61,406 nt of DNA from an uncultured Gammaproteobacteria bacterium (GTDB taxonomy: Bacteria; Pseudomonadota; Gammaproteobacteria; SZUA-140): contig CALZHD010000034.1 of the NCBI GenBank assembly GCA_945787155.1, positions 1-61,406 on the forward strand, in the 5' to 3' direction. This document shows, piece by piece, positions 20,552 to 29,831 of the stretch. Made by a program: the position numbers and the translations under genes. How positions within the stretch are numbered: the stretch's first letter is position 1; every line of letters starts with the position of its first letter. Below the pieces are notes generated by a model. The model was not told where the DNA came from. It did no database searches and saw nothing but the letters and a program-made list of their open reading frames with translations.

Positions 20552-21005
20552 TGATGCTCCTCAGGCACAAACAAGGCGGCTTTTCGCTAATCGAGATGAT
20601 CCTCGTCATCACCATCCTCTCCATCATCACTGCCGTCGGTAGCCGCATGCTGAGCGGCGCATTTAATGCCTATTTTACCGGGCGCGACATCATTGATGCC
20701 GAATGGCAGGGGCGCTATGCGATGCAACGGATCAGCCGTGAACTGCGCGACGTGCGCACCGCCACCGCGGCCGACCTGAATATTGCATCAGCCAATCAGA
20801 TCACTTTCACCGACAACAGTGCCAACGTGATCACCTATGCACGCAACGGCAACACCCTGGAGCGCAATGGCCAACCGCTCGCGGACGGCGTGACTGTTCT
20901 GACATTTAACTATATTCAGTCTCATATATCACCGTGAACATCGATGTCAGTTTCAATGGCTCAAACTATAGCCGGCGCAATACACTGCATCCGAGGAACT
21001 TCTGA
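20551..21005 (+). pseudogene. mshO: Minor pilin MshO/PulJ-like, frameshifted near 20920
   Basis: GG^FSLIEM prepilin site and QRISRELR motif. The ORF ends at 20937. A second frame from 20925 reads YITVNIDVSFNGSNYSRRNTLHPRNF* and its TGA overlaps the next ATG (TGATG at 21003-21007). Confidence 0.75.
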
Positions 21006-21898
21006 TGAGGGGCTTGCCACGCCAACGCGGCTCACTAATGATTGTCGCCATCGTGATGATTATGGTGTTGGGTTTTATGGGTGTCGCCATTACCTTTCTT
21101 TCGGTTACCAGCACCCATAATGCCGTTGATGAGCTTGCAGCGAATGAGACTTTTATATTGGCGGAATCAGGACTCGAACGCGGCATCAGAGAATGGAGCC
21201 TTGCCCCGTCAACCTATACCGGGGAGGGACCAGTCAGTTTTGGCAAAGGCACATTCACTATTACCGTTGCGCTACTTTCTGCGACGCAGGCCAACATCAC
21301 CAGCAGCGCAGCCATTCCGACGATCAGTGGCAATACCACTCGCACCGTTGATACGATTGTTGAGTTGGGCGGGCCACTTTTTTCCGACCCACTGACTGAC
21401 ATGGCGAGCTGGCCAACCGAAGACCTCACTAACACTCAAGGCACAGCCTCCATTGTTGCCGGAGGATTTCGCTTCAGAACACTCAATCTCAAGGACGCCG
21501 TCTACGCAGGCTACCGGGAAACAGGTACCGCACCACCCCTCATCACACTCAACGAAGGTGAATCATTCAACCTGGACCTTGATTACAAAAAGCGCTGGGC
21601 TGGTAATGGCGCCATCCCAACCAGCATGGATATGGCTGTGGAATTGGTAAGCACCACCGGGACAAATTATGTCATCTGGTCTGAAAACACCCTTTTCAGT
21701 AACAACAACTGGATAACCGCACCCACAACAACCTGGACGGTGCCCGCTGGTGTCACCATCAACAGAATTCGCCTTTCCTTTAACCTGGCAAGAAATGGTA
21801 ATGGCCGCAGACCCTCGGTCTTCTTTCGCACTATTGTATTCACCTCATCCAGCGGCAGTGGCACCAGCACTATATCCTGGCAGGAAATCATCCCCTGA
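21005..21898 (+). CDS. MshP/PilX-like minor pilin with an inserted ~165-aa beta-rich domain
   Basis: QRG^SLMIVAI (no Glu5, typical of PilX/MshP), LAESGLERG, C-terminal ISWQE strand. Confidence 0.75.
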   Translation: MRGLPRQRGSLMIVAIVMIMVLGFMGVAITFLSVTSTHNAVDELAANETFILAESGLERGIREWSLAPSTYTGEGPVSFGKGTFTITVALLSATQANITSSAAIPTISGNTTRTVDTIVELGGPLFSDPLTDMASWPTEDLTNTQGTASIVAGGFRFRTLNLKDAVYAGYRETGTAPPLITLNEGESFNLDLDYKKRWAGNGAIPTSMDMAVELVSTTGTNYVIWSENTLFSNNNWITAPTTTWTVPAGVTINRIRLSFNLARNGNGRRPSVFFRTIVFTSSSGSGTSTISWQEIIP

Positions 21899-21960
21899 CA
21901 AATACGACATCTGTTATTTTCTTCTGTCAAATACTTTGAATTCCATTCTCTCGCTTACAA

Positions 21961-21987
21961 TCAAGTATTTAACAAGAGTGTCGATAG
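21961..21987 (+). promoter_or_regulatory. sigma28-like promoter upstream of mshI
   Basis: TCAAG-N14-GTCGATAG, 54 bp upstream of the start. Confidence 0.5.
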
Positions 21988-22041
21988 CTTTTTAGACGCT
22001 ATGGAAGATTTTAATCTACAGGATATTTCAGGGATATTAAC

Positions 22042-23088
22042 TTGTTTGGTGCACTGCTAAAAAAACGCTCACTGCCAGGATTATGTGCCATTAATTCCTA
22101 CACAGAGGGCATTGCTATTGCGAGGCTTATCCCTCATACGGACAAGCCAGAGCTTGAGCTATGTGACTTTTATCCATCTGAAGCGTCTCCCTCGCAGCAA
22201 CTAAAGGCATTAGTCGATAAACATCAGCTCGATCTGTACAGCTGTGTCAGCTTACTCAACAGGGATGACTATCAACTCTTGATGATGGAGTCTCCTCCAG
22301 TACCAAAAGATGAAATGAAACTCGCCTTGCGCTGGCGTATTAAAGATTTGATCGATACCCCTGTTACAGAGGTCACCCTGGATTCTTTCGATGTGCCAGC
22401 CCCACGAGGTGCAGAGGACTCAAAATCTGTTTATGCCGTTGTCGCCAGGAATGACGCATTACACAGTCACTGCGAAATTCTAACAAATGCGAATATCAAT
22501 CTTAAAATCATTGATATCATGGAAATGGCCCAGCGTAATATCGCCAACTTATTACCGGAGAACGGTAGCGGCGTTGCCCTGTTGTCACTCCAGCCCACGA
22601 GTGGCCTCATCACCCTAAGCAAAGCAGGTGAGTTGTACCTAAGCCGCCCCATCAATATTACGCTTGAACAAGTTGCGCCAGCTGTGCCTGCCATGGAGGA
22701 AACATCAGAGCAAAATGACAATGACCTGTCGAACCTAGAGATTGACCTGGGTTTTGATGTTGATGTTGATGTTGATGTTGACCTGGATATCGAAATGGGT
22801 AATACCGCCGCATATGACCATGTAGCGCTGGAATTACAACGTTCTCTTGATTATTACGAAAGCAACTTCCGCCAATCACCCATCAGAAAGCTGTACCTGG
22901 CACCCACCTTAAGGGAATTGCCTGGCTTCTCTAAATACATTAAAGATAATCTCAACATTCACGTTGAATTGCTCGACCTCAACGATCTGTTTGAAAGCAA
23001 GTCAACCATTCCCCTGGCAACTCAAGCTCACGTCTTTTTCGCCATTGGCGCTGCGTTACACAGGATGGCCGATGAGCCAGGAAATTAA
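22042..23088 (+). CDS. mshI: MSHA biogenesis protein MshI (PilM-like)
   Basis: YQLLMMESPPVP...ALRWRIKDLID, IDIMEMAQRN, LELQRSLDYYES. Confidence 0.88.
   Translation: MFGALLKKRSLPGLCAINSYTEGIAIARLIPHTDKPELELCDFYPSEASPSQQLKALVDKHQLDLYSCVSLLNRDDYQLLMMESPPVPKDEMKLALRWRIKDLIDTPVTEVTLDSFDVPAPRGAEDSKSVYAVVARNDALHSHCEILTNANINLKIIDIMEMAQRNIANLLPENGSGVALLSLQPTSGLITLSKAGELYLSRPINITLEQVAPAVPAMEETSEQNDNDLSNLEIDLGFDVDVDVDVDLDIEMGNTAAYDHVALELQRSLDYYESNFRQSPIRKLYLAPTLRELPGFSKYIKDNLNIHVELLDLNDLFESKSTIPLATQAHVFFAIGAALHRMADEPGN
22756..22779 (+). repeat. (GATGTT)4 in-frame microsatellite encoding DVDVDVDV in mshI
   Basis: Four exact copies read directly, within an acidic insert. Confidence 0.9.
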
Positions 23089-23698
23089 TCTCTATCAGCC
23101 TGTCAAAAAAAGACGTGAGCTGAGCTTCGGTGGCATTCACGTACTTATTGGATTACTGCTGGTAGTCGTGGGTCATTTTATTTATAGCGGCATCATGTTG
23201 GGGCAATATTATTCTCTCAAGTCTCAGGCTGAAGCGATCGAGCAACAGAAGGCTAAAATCATCAAAGATCGTGACGAGATTTCTCATAAATTAACTCAGT
23301 ATGTAGACGTTGATATCAATGAAGAAATCCACAAGATCGAGCACCTGCTTGCCAATCGAAAAGAGATTCATGAAAAGATTCAGGCGGACATGTTCAGCAC
23401 TGGGCATGGCTATTCCGGCTACTTCATTGCCTTTGCGCGACAACACATTCCAGGGTTATGGCTGACCGATATCACCATTGGCCGCGCCGGACGCGATCTG
23501 CTATTAAGAGGCCAGACCAGTGCTGCTCATCTGGTACCAAAATATCTGGAGAAACTTTCTCAGGAATCTTTACTGACGGGGACGAATTTATCTGATTTCC
23601 AGCTCGACCGGCCCATTGAAGATGAACAACACAATCTTCGCTCCGATTACATCGATTTCATGATATCAACAAAAGCGACTCCTGAGGATGTCTTATGA
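23072..23698 (+). CDS. PilN-like MSHA biogenesis protein
   Basis: MSQEINLY start (ATG 23072), TM segment, coiled coil, ARQHIPGLWLT, VPKYL. Confidence 0.82.
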   Translation: MSQEINLYQPVKKRRELSFGGIHVLIGLLLVVVGHFIYSGIMLGQYYSLKSQAEAIEQQKAKIIKDRDEISHKLTQYVDVDINEEIHKIEHLLANRKEIHEKIQADMFSTGHGYSGYFIAFARQHIPGLWLTDITIGRAGRDLLLRGQTSAAHLVPKYLEKLSQESLLTGTNLSDFQLDRPIEDEQHNLRSDYIDFMISTKATPEDVL

Positions 23699-24408
23699 GC
23701 ATGATAAGACAACTTCAATCCAGGTTTTCCCATCTGGCTGAGCGCCTGGATTCCAGGCCAGCAACTGAGCGTTCACTTATCTTCGTTACCACAAGCCTTG
23801 TAATTTTTATACTGGTGTATGTGGCCCTGGTCTCGCCTGTTGAAAAGGCCAATACTACTACCCAAAAAACAATTGAAGTTAAACAGACTGAAATGAAGCT
23901 TGCCATTGAGGAACTTCAGACATTGTCCGAGAAGCTACGCGATGCACCCAAAGAGTCAAGACTTATCCACCTGAAAGCACTAAAGAATGAGTTAAAAAAT
24001 ACCGGCGAATTCTCCAAATTAATGAAAGACTTGATTACTCCGCGCGAAATGATTCGATTTGTTGACGGTGTATTGAGTAGTAATAAGAAAATAACCGTGG
24101 TACGCGCCAGAAACATGCCTGCGGTACAGTTATGGCCAGCACCAGAAAGAACCTCGGAAGATGAAAAAGATCCCAATAGTCAGCAGCAATCCCCGCCTAA
24201 AGATGAATTCACTATCTATAAACATGGCATGTTACTGGAAGTAAAAGGCCACTACCGAGAGCTTGTTTCATTCCTCGCGACACTTGAAAAATTACCATGG
24301 AAAATACTTTGGGGTGATGTGAGCCTGTCAAGCAATGATAGCGATGACTCTATTTCCACATTGATGATTTACACCCTGAGCCCCGAGGAATCATGGTTGG
24401 GACTATGA
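23695..24408 (+). CDS. mshJ: MSHA biogenesis protein MshJ (PilO-like)
   Basis: ERSLIF, LITPREM, IYKHGM, LEKLPWKILW, YTLS...WLGL. Confidence 0.85.
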   Translation: MSMIRQLQSRFSHLAERLDSRPATERSLIFVTTSLVIFILVYVALVSPVEKANTTTQKTIEVKQTEMKLAIEELQTLSEKLRDAPKESRLIHLKALKNELKNTGEFSKLMKDLITPREMIRFVDGVLSSNKKITVVRARNMPAVQLWPAPERTSEDEKDPNSQQQSPPKDEFTIYKHGMLLEVKGHYRELVSFLATLEKLPWKILWGDVSLSSNDSDDSISTLMIYTLSPEESWLGL

Positions 24409-24761
24409 ATATGAATATGAAAACTAAACTGATATGCAGCCTAATTATGATCTGCCTGGCATACCCATTATCAGTAGGGCATGCCGCTGATCCATTCGAT
24501 AATCTGCCTGATCCAACCCGTCATCATAAGAAAATAACGAAAAAGGCAGTTAAAAAAATTAAGCAAAGGCCACCACTGATACTGCAATCAACCCTGATTT
24601 CCAAAAACAGCAGCCATGCGATTATTAACGGTAAAACTGTGGCGGTTGGGGAGCGAATTGAGGGTGCCACATTGCTGGCCATTAATCCTTTCGAGGTTGT
24701 GATTGAGCAACGAGGAAAACAGAAGAGATTACAGCTTCTGACTACGGATGTAGTTAACTAA
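24405..24761 (+). CDS. mshK: MSHA biogenesis protein MshK
   Basis: Signal peptide, LPDPTR, LQSTLIS, AIING...VGE; ATGA overlap with mshJ. Confidence 0.8.
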   Translation: MNMNMKTKLICSLIMICLAYPLSVGHAADPFDNLPDPTRHHKKITKKAVKKIKQRPPLILQSTLISKNSSHAIINGKTVAVGERIEGATLLAINPFEVVIEQRGKQKRLQLLTTDVVN

Positions 24762-24762
24762 C

Positions 24763-26505
24763 ATGGACCTACAGGCAATGATAACTGGTAAAAAGAGATG
24801 GTTGCGTTATGTGATTATTTACATAACAACACAGACATTACTATTAACAGGCTGTGAATCCCTGCCTAAAAAATGGCACGATTCAGTCAATGACAGCATC
24901 ATTACCACGCTCGAAGAAGCGCGACTCAAGCGTATCCCGGATGAGGTAAGACAGGCGATGCTGCCTGTGATAGCGGCGGACATTCCATCTCATCAACCTG
25001 AGCTAATAAAGCCTCGTTTTGACCTGACCGCCAATAAAACTCCGGCGCGCGAAGTATTTATGAGTCTGGTAAAAGGGACACCTTATAGTATGGTGGTACA
25101 TCCTGATGTCGATGGGGAAATCTCATTACACTTAAAGGATGTATCTATAGACGAAGCCCTTGATTCCCTACAACAGGTTTATGGTTACGCTTATCGCCAT
25201 GACGACAACCGTTATTACGTACTTGGAAGTGGCATTCAAACCCGTATTTTTTCCATCAATTATCTCGACCTCAACCGTAAAGGACATTCCAATACGCGGG
25301 TCTCTTCAGCGGAACTCAATGGCGCAGGCAGTAGCAGTGATAGTGGCAGTGATAGTGGCAGTGCTTCATCAACTGTCTCTCACGGCATCCAGATCAAAAC
25401 AGATTCTGAAAATGATTTCTGGAAGGAGTTGCAACTGTCACTGCAAACTATCATTGGTGATAAAGAAGAGCGCCGCGTGGTGACGCACCCTCAATCCGGC
25501 CTTGTGATCGTGCGTGCCATGCCAAATGAACTTAGCATGGTGGATGATTTCCTCGGCACCACCCAGATGGTGGTTAATCGTCAGGTCATCCTGGAAGCTA
25601 AAATAATCGAAGTCGAATTGAATAACTCGTACCAGACCGGCATTAACTGGTCTGGATTAGGCACATCAGGCAACAGTTCGATTCTTGCTAGTCAGATCGG
25701 TGGCGGTTCAGTAGTGAATTCCGGTGTCAGCGAAATCGCAGGGTTTGGTGGAAACCTGCAACCAGATGGTAGCTATTCACCTATCGGCTCGGCCAACACA
25801 TCTGCATTCGGCGGTGTTTTCAGCCTCGCACTCAAGGCACGTAAATTCTCCGCCTTTCTTGAGTTCTTACAAGGCCAGGGAGATGTTCAGGTGCTCTCCA
25901 GCCCACGCGTTTCGACGGTCAACAATCAACGCGCCGTCATCAAGGTTGGCGGTGATGAGTTTTTTGTCACTGGCATTACCAGTGCTTCCACCACCAGTGG
26001 CTCAACGACAACACAAACTCCTACGGTGGAGTTAACACCTTTTTTCTCCGGTATCGCACTGGATGTTACACCACAAATAGATAAGCTGAACAATATTATT
26101 CTGCATATCCATCCTACGGTCAGCAGTGTTACCCAACGCGACAAAACCTTCGTGGTCAGCGGCGAAGCATTTAGCCTGCCACTGGCCATCAGCAATATTC
26201 AGGAATCAGACAATGTGGTTCGCGCTGAATCTGGCCAGGTGATTGTCATTGGTGGTCTTATGAAAGAGGCTAGCAGTGCTGAGAACGTCTCCATTCCGTT
26301 GCTAGGTGATCTCCCTCTGGTCGGCCAGTTGTTCAAACACCAAAAGTTGACACGCGTTAAAAAAGAACTGGTCATTCTACTCAAACCAACCGTAGTAGAG
26401 AGTGATGACGTATGGGGTGAATCGATTCAGGCCTCGCAACGACGTACTGCGGAAATAATGAATAGTCGCGCATCAAAATCGCACTTTAAAGGATCTGAAC
26501 AGTGA
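24763..26505 (+). CDS. mshL: MSHA secretin MshL (lipoprotein)
   Basis: LLTGC lipobox, RQVILEAKIIEV, SSPRVSTVNNQRAVIKVG, ELTPFFSGIALDVTPQI, ELVILLKP. Confidence 0.93.
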   Translation: MDLQAMITGKKRWLRYVIIYITTQTLLLTGCESLPKKWHDSVNDSIITTLEEARLKRIPDEVRQAMLPVIAADIPSHQPELIKPRFDLTANKTPAREVFMSLVKGTPYSMVVHPDVDGEISLHLKDVSIDEALDSLQQVYGYAYRHDDNRYYVLGSGIQTRIFSINYLDLNRKGHSNTRVSSAELNGAGSSSDSGSDSGSASSTVSHGIQIKTDSENDFWKELQLSLQTIIGDKEERRVVTHPQSGLVIVRAMPNELSMVDDFLGTTQMVVNRQVILEAKIIEVELNNSYQTGINWSGLGTSGNSSILASQIGGGSVVNSGVSEIAGFGGNLQPDGSYSPIGSANTSAFGGVFSLALKARKFSAFLEFLQGQGDVQVLSSPRVSTVNNQRAVIKVGGDEFFVTGITSASTTSGSTTTQTPTVELTPFFSGIALDVTPQIDKLNNIILHIHPTVSSVTQRDKTFVVSGEAFSLPLAISNIQESDNVVRAESGQVIVIGGLMKEASSAENVSIPLLGDLPLVGQLFKHQKLTRVKKELVILLKPTVVESDDVWGESIQASQRRTAEIMNSRASKSHFKGSEQ

Positions 26506-27263
26506 TTCGATCAAACCAAAAATTGAGCCTTTACCTGACACTGCTCTTGTTATGCCTGCCAATGCTGACTCATGCCCAGGCCACCGATAATGGAGAAATA
26601 CAGTCACTACCACTGGACGAAGTTGCAACCCAGCGTAATGCGTTGCAGCCTGGTGAGCTGATCGTGACGCCGTATCCCCTCGACAATGCCAGCAGGGCCG
26701 AAAATAATTATCGAAGCGCCATTATATTTACTCAGCTGGGGCAATCTGTGGCAGCCGAAGCACAACTACAACAGGCCCTGTCACAACAGAGTGACCATCT
26801 TCCCGCGAGAGAATTACTGGTCTCACTACTGTTAAAACGGCATGCTACACAAGAGGCCATTGCGGCGCTTAATTCAGGCATCGAAATCGCACCGAACCAC
26901 CCCAGGTTCCCACTTTGGCTATCCCAACTGCATCTCAAACTCGACGCACCTGAACGTGCCCTGCACGTGCTCGAACAAAACCTGGCGCGGTTCGAACAAC
27001 AACCCGAATACCTGGGAGCACTTGCCAATCTCTATCTATTAAACGAGCGCCTCGCTGAGGCACATCAATATTTCTTTCAGGCCGCGAGACTTGCACCGCA
27101 GGATGGACGCTGGCAGTTAGGGGTAGGCATGGCGGCAGAAGCGCTACAGGACTGGGCAGGCGCACATGATGCCTACCGACGCGTACAACAATACAGTTTT
27201 ATCAATGGTGTCCTGCTGCAATTTGCACAACAGAGGCTAACCGCCATCAACGCCCAATTCTAG
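26502..27263 (+). CDS. mshN: TPR protein, MshN-like
   Basis: Signal peptide, TPR helices, PQDGRWQLG motif; follows mshL. Confidence 0.7.
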   Translation: MIRSNQKLSLYLTLLLLCLPMLTHAQATDNGEIQSLPLDEVATQRNALQPGELIVTPYPLDNASRAENNYRSAIIFTQLGQSVAAEAQLQQALSQQSDHLPARELLVSLLLKRHATQEAIAALNSGIEIAPNHPRFPLWLSQLHLKLDAPERALHVLEQNLARFEQQPEYLGALANLYLLNERLAEAHQYFFQAARLAPQDGRWQLGVGMAAEALQDWAGAHDAYRRVQQYSFINGVLLQFAQQRLTAINAQF

Positions 27264-27346
27264 TAACAGAATAGTTGATGAACTTCATACCTGACAAGGA
27301 AGCACTATCACGACTTAATCAGAAATTATCCAGATATAGGGTAGCT

Positions 27347-28747
27347 TTACATTCGCCAGACGCGAAACGAACGACCCTTCAATTTCCCTGCGGTTAATTT
27401 ATTCAGTGCATGATTCGCGGCCTCTCGACTCACGGCCACATAAGCCCAGTTATCAAAAATCTGAATCTTTCCAACCTGCTTGCCAGTGATGCCATTTTCA
27501 CCAGTGAGTGCGCCGAGAATATCACCTGCCCTCACCTTCTGTTTTTTGCCACCACCAATCTGCAACGTTGCCATCGGCGGCTGATAGGTAGGCTTATCCA
27601 GCAAACTCAGTGGCGGCAATGTTTCTACATCAATAGCGTGATTCAGATAGGCCTCAAGCCGCTCGATCTTATATTGCTCTTTTTCGCTATACAAAGTACA
27701 CGCGATGCCACTACTTCCCGCGCGTCCAGTGCGCCCAACACGGTGAATATGCACCTCTAAATCATTGGCGACGTGGTAGTTGATAACGGCGTCCAGCGCA
27801 TCGATATCCAGACCTCGAGCGGCGACGTCGGTGGCCACAAGGATCGATACACTCTTATTGGAAAAGCGCACCAGAATTCGATCACGCTCTTTCTGCTCCA
27901 GATCACCATGGAGTGCAAGCGCACTAAAACCTAGCGCGTCTAGCGCCTCAGCGACTTCCTGGGTTTCCTTTTTGGTATTGCAAAAGACCAGCGTCGCATC
28001 AGGACGATGCTTCAGCAGTAGCAGACGTAGCGCAGTGAACCGTGACGCACCCTCATCGACCTTGTACAGATGCTGCTTAATACTGGCGCTATCATGTGTT
28101 GCATCCACCTGGACCACGACCGGCGTGGTCATGATGCGCCGAGCAATGGATTTGATCCCTTCAGGGTAGGTTGCGCTGAATAACAACGTCTGGCGTTGTT
28201 TGGGAATACGCTCAACAATCGCATCCAGCGCGGGTTGGAACCCCATATCGAGCATGCGATCCGCCTCATCCAGTACCAACATATTCAGGCTGCCCGGCTT
28301 GAGAGTCCCTTTTCGTACATGCTCTTCCACACGCCCCGGCGTCCCCACAACAATGTGCGCGCCATGCTCCATCGAGCCACTCTGGGCGCTAAAGGGCATA
28401 CCACCACAAAGCGTTAACACCTTAATATTTTGAATGGCACGGGCCAGCCTGCGAATCTCTTTGGCAACCTGGTCGGCCAACTCGCGTGTCGGACAAAGGA
28501 CCAACGCCTGCACCTGGAAGTGATTCAGGTCAAGTTTTTCCAGAATACCCAGACTAAATGCCGCTGTCTTACCCGAGCCTGTTTTTCCCTGCGCGATCAC
28601 GTCCTTACCCACCAGGATATGAGGCAGGCTCTGCCCCTGTATCGGGGTCATTTCCAGATAATCAAGTGAAACAAGGTTCTCGATTAGCGCAGGCTGAAGC
28701 TTAAGTGATGAAAAGGCTGTTTGGTTGCTGGGTTGGTTCAAGGTCAT
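27347..28747 (-). CDS. dbpA: ATP-dependent RNA helicase DbpA
   Basis: Q motif, GKTGSGKT, DEAD, SAT, HRVGRTGR, C-terminal GGKKQKVRAGDILGALT RNA-binding domain. Start ATG 28747 follows GAGG. Confidence 0.95.
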   Translation of the reverse strand: MTLNQPSNQTAFSSLKLQPALIENLVSLDYLEMTPIQGQSLPHILVGKDVIAQGKTGSGKTAAFSLGILEKLDLNHFQVQALVLCPTRELADQVAKEIRRLARAIQNIKVLTLCGGMPFSAQSGSMEHGAHIVVGTPGRVEEHVRKGTLKPGSLNMLVLDEADRMLDMGFQPALDAIVERIPKQRQTLLFSATYPEGIKSIARRIMTTPVVVQVDATHDSASIKQHLYKVDEGASRFTALRLLLLKHRPDATLVFCNTKKETQEVAEALDALGFSALALHGDLEQKERDRILVRFSNKSVSILVATDVAARGLDIDALDAVINYHVANDLEVHIHRVGRTGRAGSSGIACTLYSEKEQYKIERLEAYLNHAIDVETLPPLSLLDKPTYQPPMATLQIGGGKKQKVRAGDILGALTGENGITGKQVGKIQIFDNWAYVAVSREAANHALNKLTAGKLKGRSFRVWRM

Positions 28748-28784
28748 TGTCCTCTGTTGGTACTGGCCCGAATAGCTGACCAAT

Positions 28785-28820
28785 AAAAAAGGGCAGGACC
28801 GCAAGGCCCCACCCTTTTTT
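28785..28820. terminator. Bidirectional intrinsic terminator-like hairpin between csp and dbpA
   Basis: AAAAAAGGG...CCCTTTTTT with a GC-rich inner stem. Confidence 0.7.
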
Positions 28821-28880
28821 GTTCCCATCCCCAGTGGGGCGTGAGAGTGGCCTGCTATGCAGGCCAGTAGCGATACTGAA

Positions 28881-29087
28881 TTAGATCGCTACGATATTTT
28901 CAGCCTGAGGGCCTTTCTGACCCTGAGTGACTGTAAATTCAACCTTCTGACCTTCAGCCAGGGTCTTGAAGCCATCGCCAGAGATCGCGCTGAAGTGAGC
29001 AAATACATCTGGGCCAGATTCCTGCTCGATGAAGCCAAAACCTTTAGATTCGTTGAACCATTTAACGGTACCGGTAGTTGTAGACAT
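28881..29087 (-). CDS. Cold-shock protein (CspA family)
   Basis: [28 protein letters not shown]. Confidence 0.97.
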   Translation of the reverse strand: MSTTTGTVKWFNESKGFGFIEQESGPDVFAHFSAISGDGFKTLAEGQKVEFTVTQGQKGPQAENIVAI

Positions 29088-29244
29088 AGTTTTATCCTAT
29101 TAATTTTTTAGTAATTTCAGCCACCTCAATTGAGAAGGCTATTTGTTGAGAAGTGTTGCTATTACTTATGTAAACAGGACGAAAACTAATACAGGACTTC
29201 GAAATGGTGTGCATAAATGTAAGACGAACTTTCAATCTATCGCA

Positions 29245-29272
29245 ATTGTACACCGTATTACCTTATTGTCAA
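29245..29272 (-). promoter_or_regulatory. sigma70 promoter of csp, implying a ~150-nt 5' UTR
   Basis: Minus strand TTGACA-N16-TACAAT. Confidence 0.65.
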
Positions 29273-29387
29273 CATGTAATATTTACTAGTCTCTCTATAT
29301 TCACCATGCATGAGCGTACTTATGTTTTGTAATACCAATAATAAGCCAGTATCTTTCGAGATTGGTCGAGATGAAGGAAAAATTGTA

Positions 29388-29831
29388 GTGGGACATTTAT
29401 TAGGCATCGCTATCAGAAAGCAGAAGCGTGGCCCCATGCTTGAATTAGCGCACGCTAACGTCACCATGGCGAGTGGTGTTGAACAGGACTTCCGCGGTAA
29501 GCCGGGTGACCGACAAATCACCCTGTTAACGCGTGAAGGCTGGCAAGCAGCCTGCGATGAAATCACAGCGGAGCTGCCGTGGCAGGCCCGACGAGCCAAC
29601 TTATACATAGCGGGCCTGAACCTGCATAAGTCCGCAGGACGGCGACTGCAAATAGGCCAACTGCAACTTTTGATTACTCGCGAAACCGACCCATGCAATC
29701 GCATGCAAGAGGTTCACAATGAACTGTTTGAGGCACTGGCAAAGGAGTGGCGTGGCGGTGTCTGCTGCCGAGTCATCCAGGATGGCGTGATTCATGTCGG
29801 TGACCGGGTGGAGATGATTGATGCCCCATAA
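29388..29831 (+). CDS. MOSC domain protein
   Basis: RQITLL, RRANL, ETDPCNRM, WRGGVCCRVIQDG. Start uncertain; GTG 29388 follows AAGGA. Confidence 0.85.
   Translation: MGHLLGIAIRKQKRGPMLELAHANVTMASGVEQDFRGKPGDRQITLLTREGWQAACDEITAELPWQARRANLYIAGLNLHKSAGRRLQIGQLQLLITRETDPCNRMQEVHNELFEALAKEWRGGVCCRVIQDGVIHVGDRVEMIDAP

Noticed and set aside
25328-25364. 12-bp duplication (GCAGTGATAGTG) in mshL
   Set aside because: It encodes the usual Ser/Gly-rich disordered loop of secretins.
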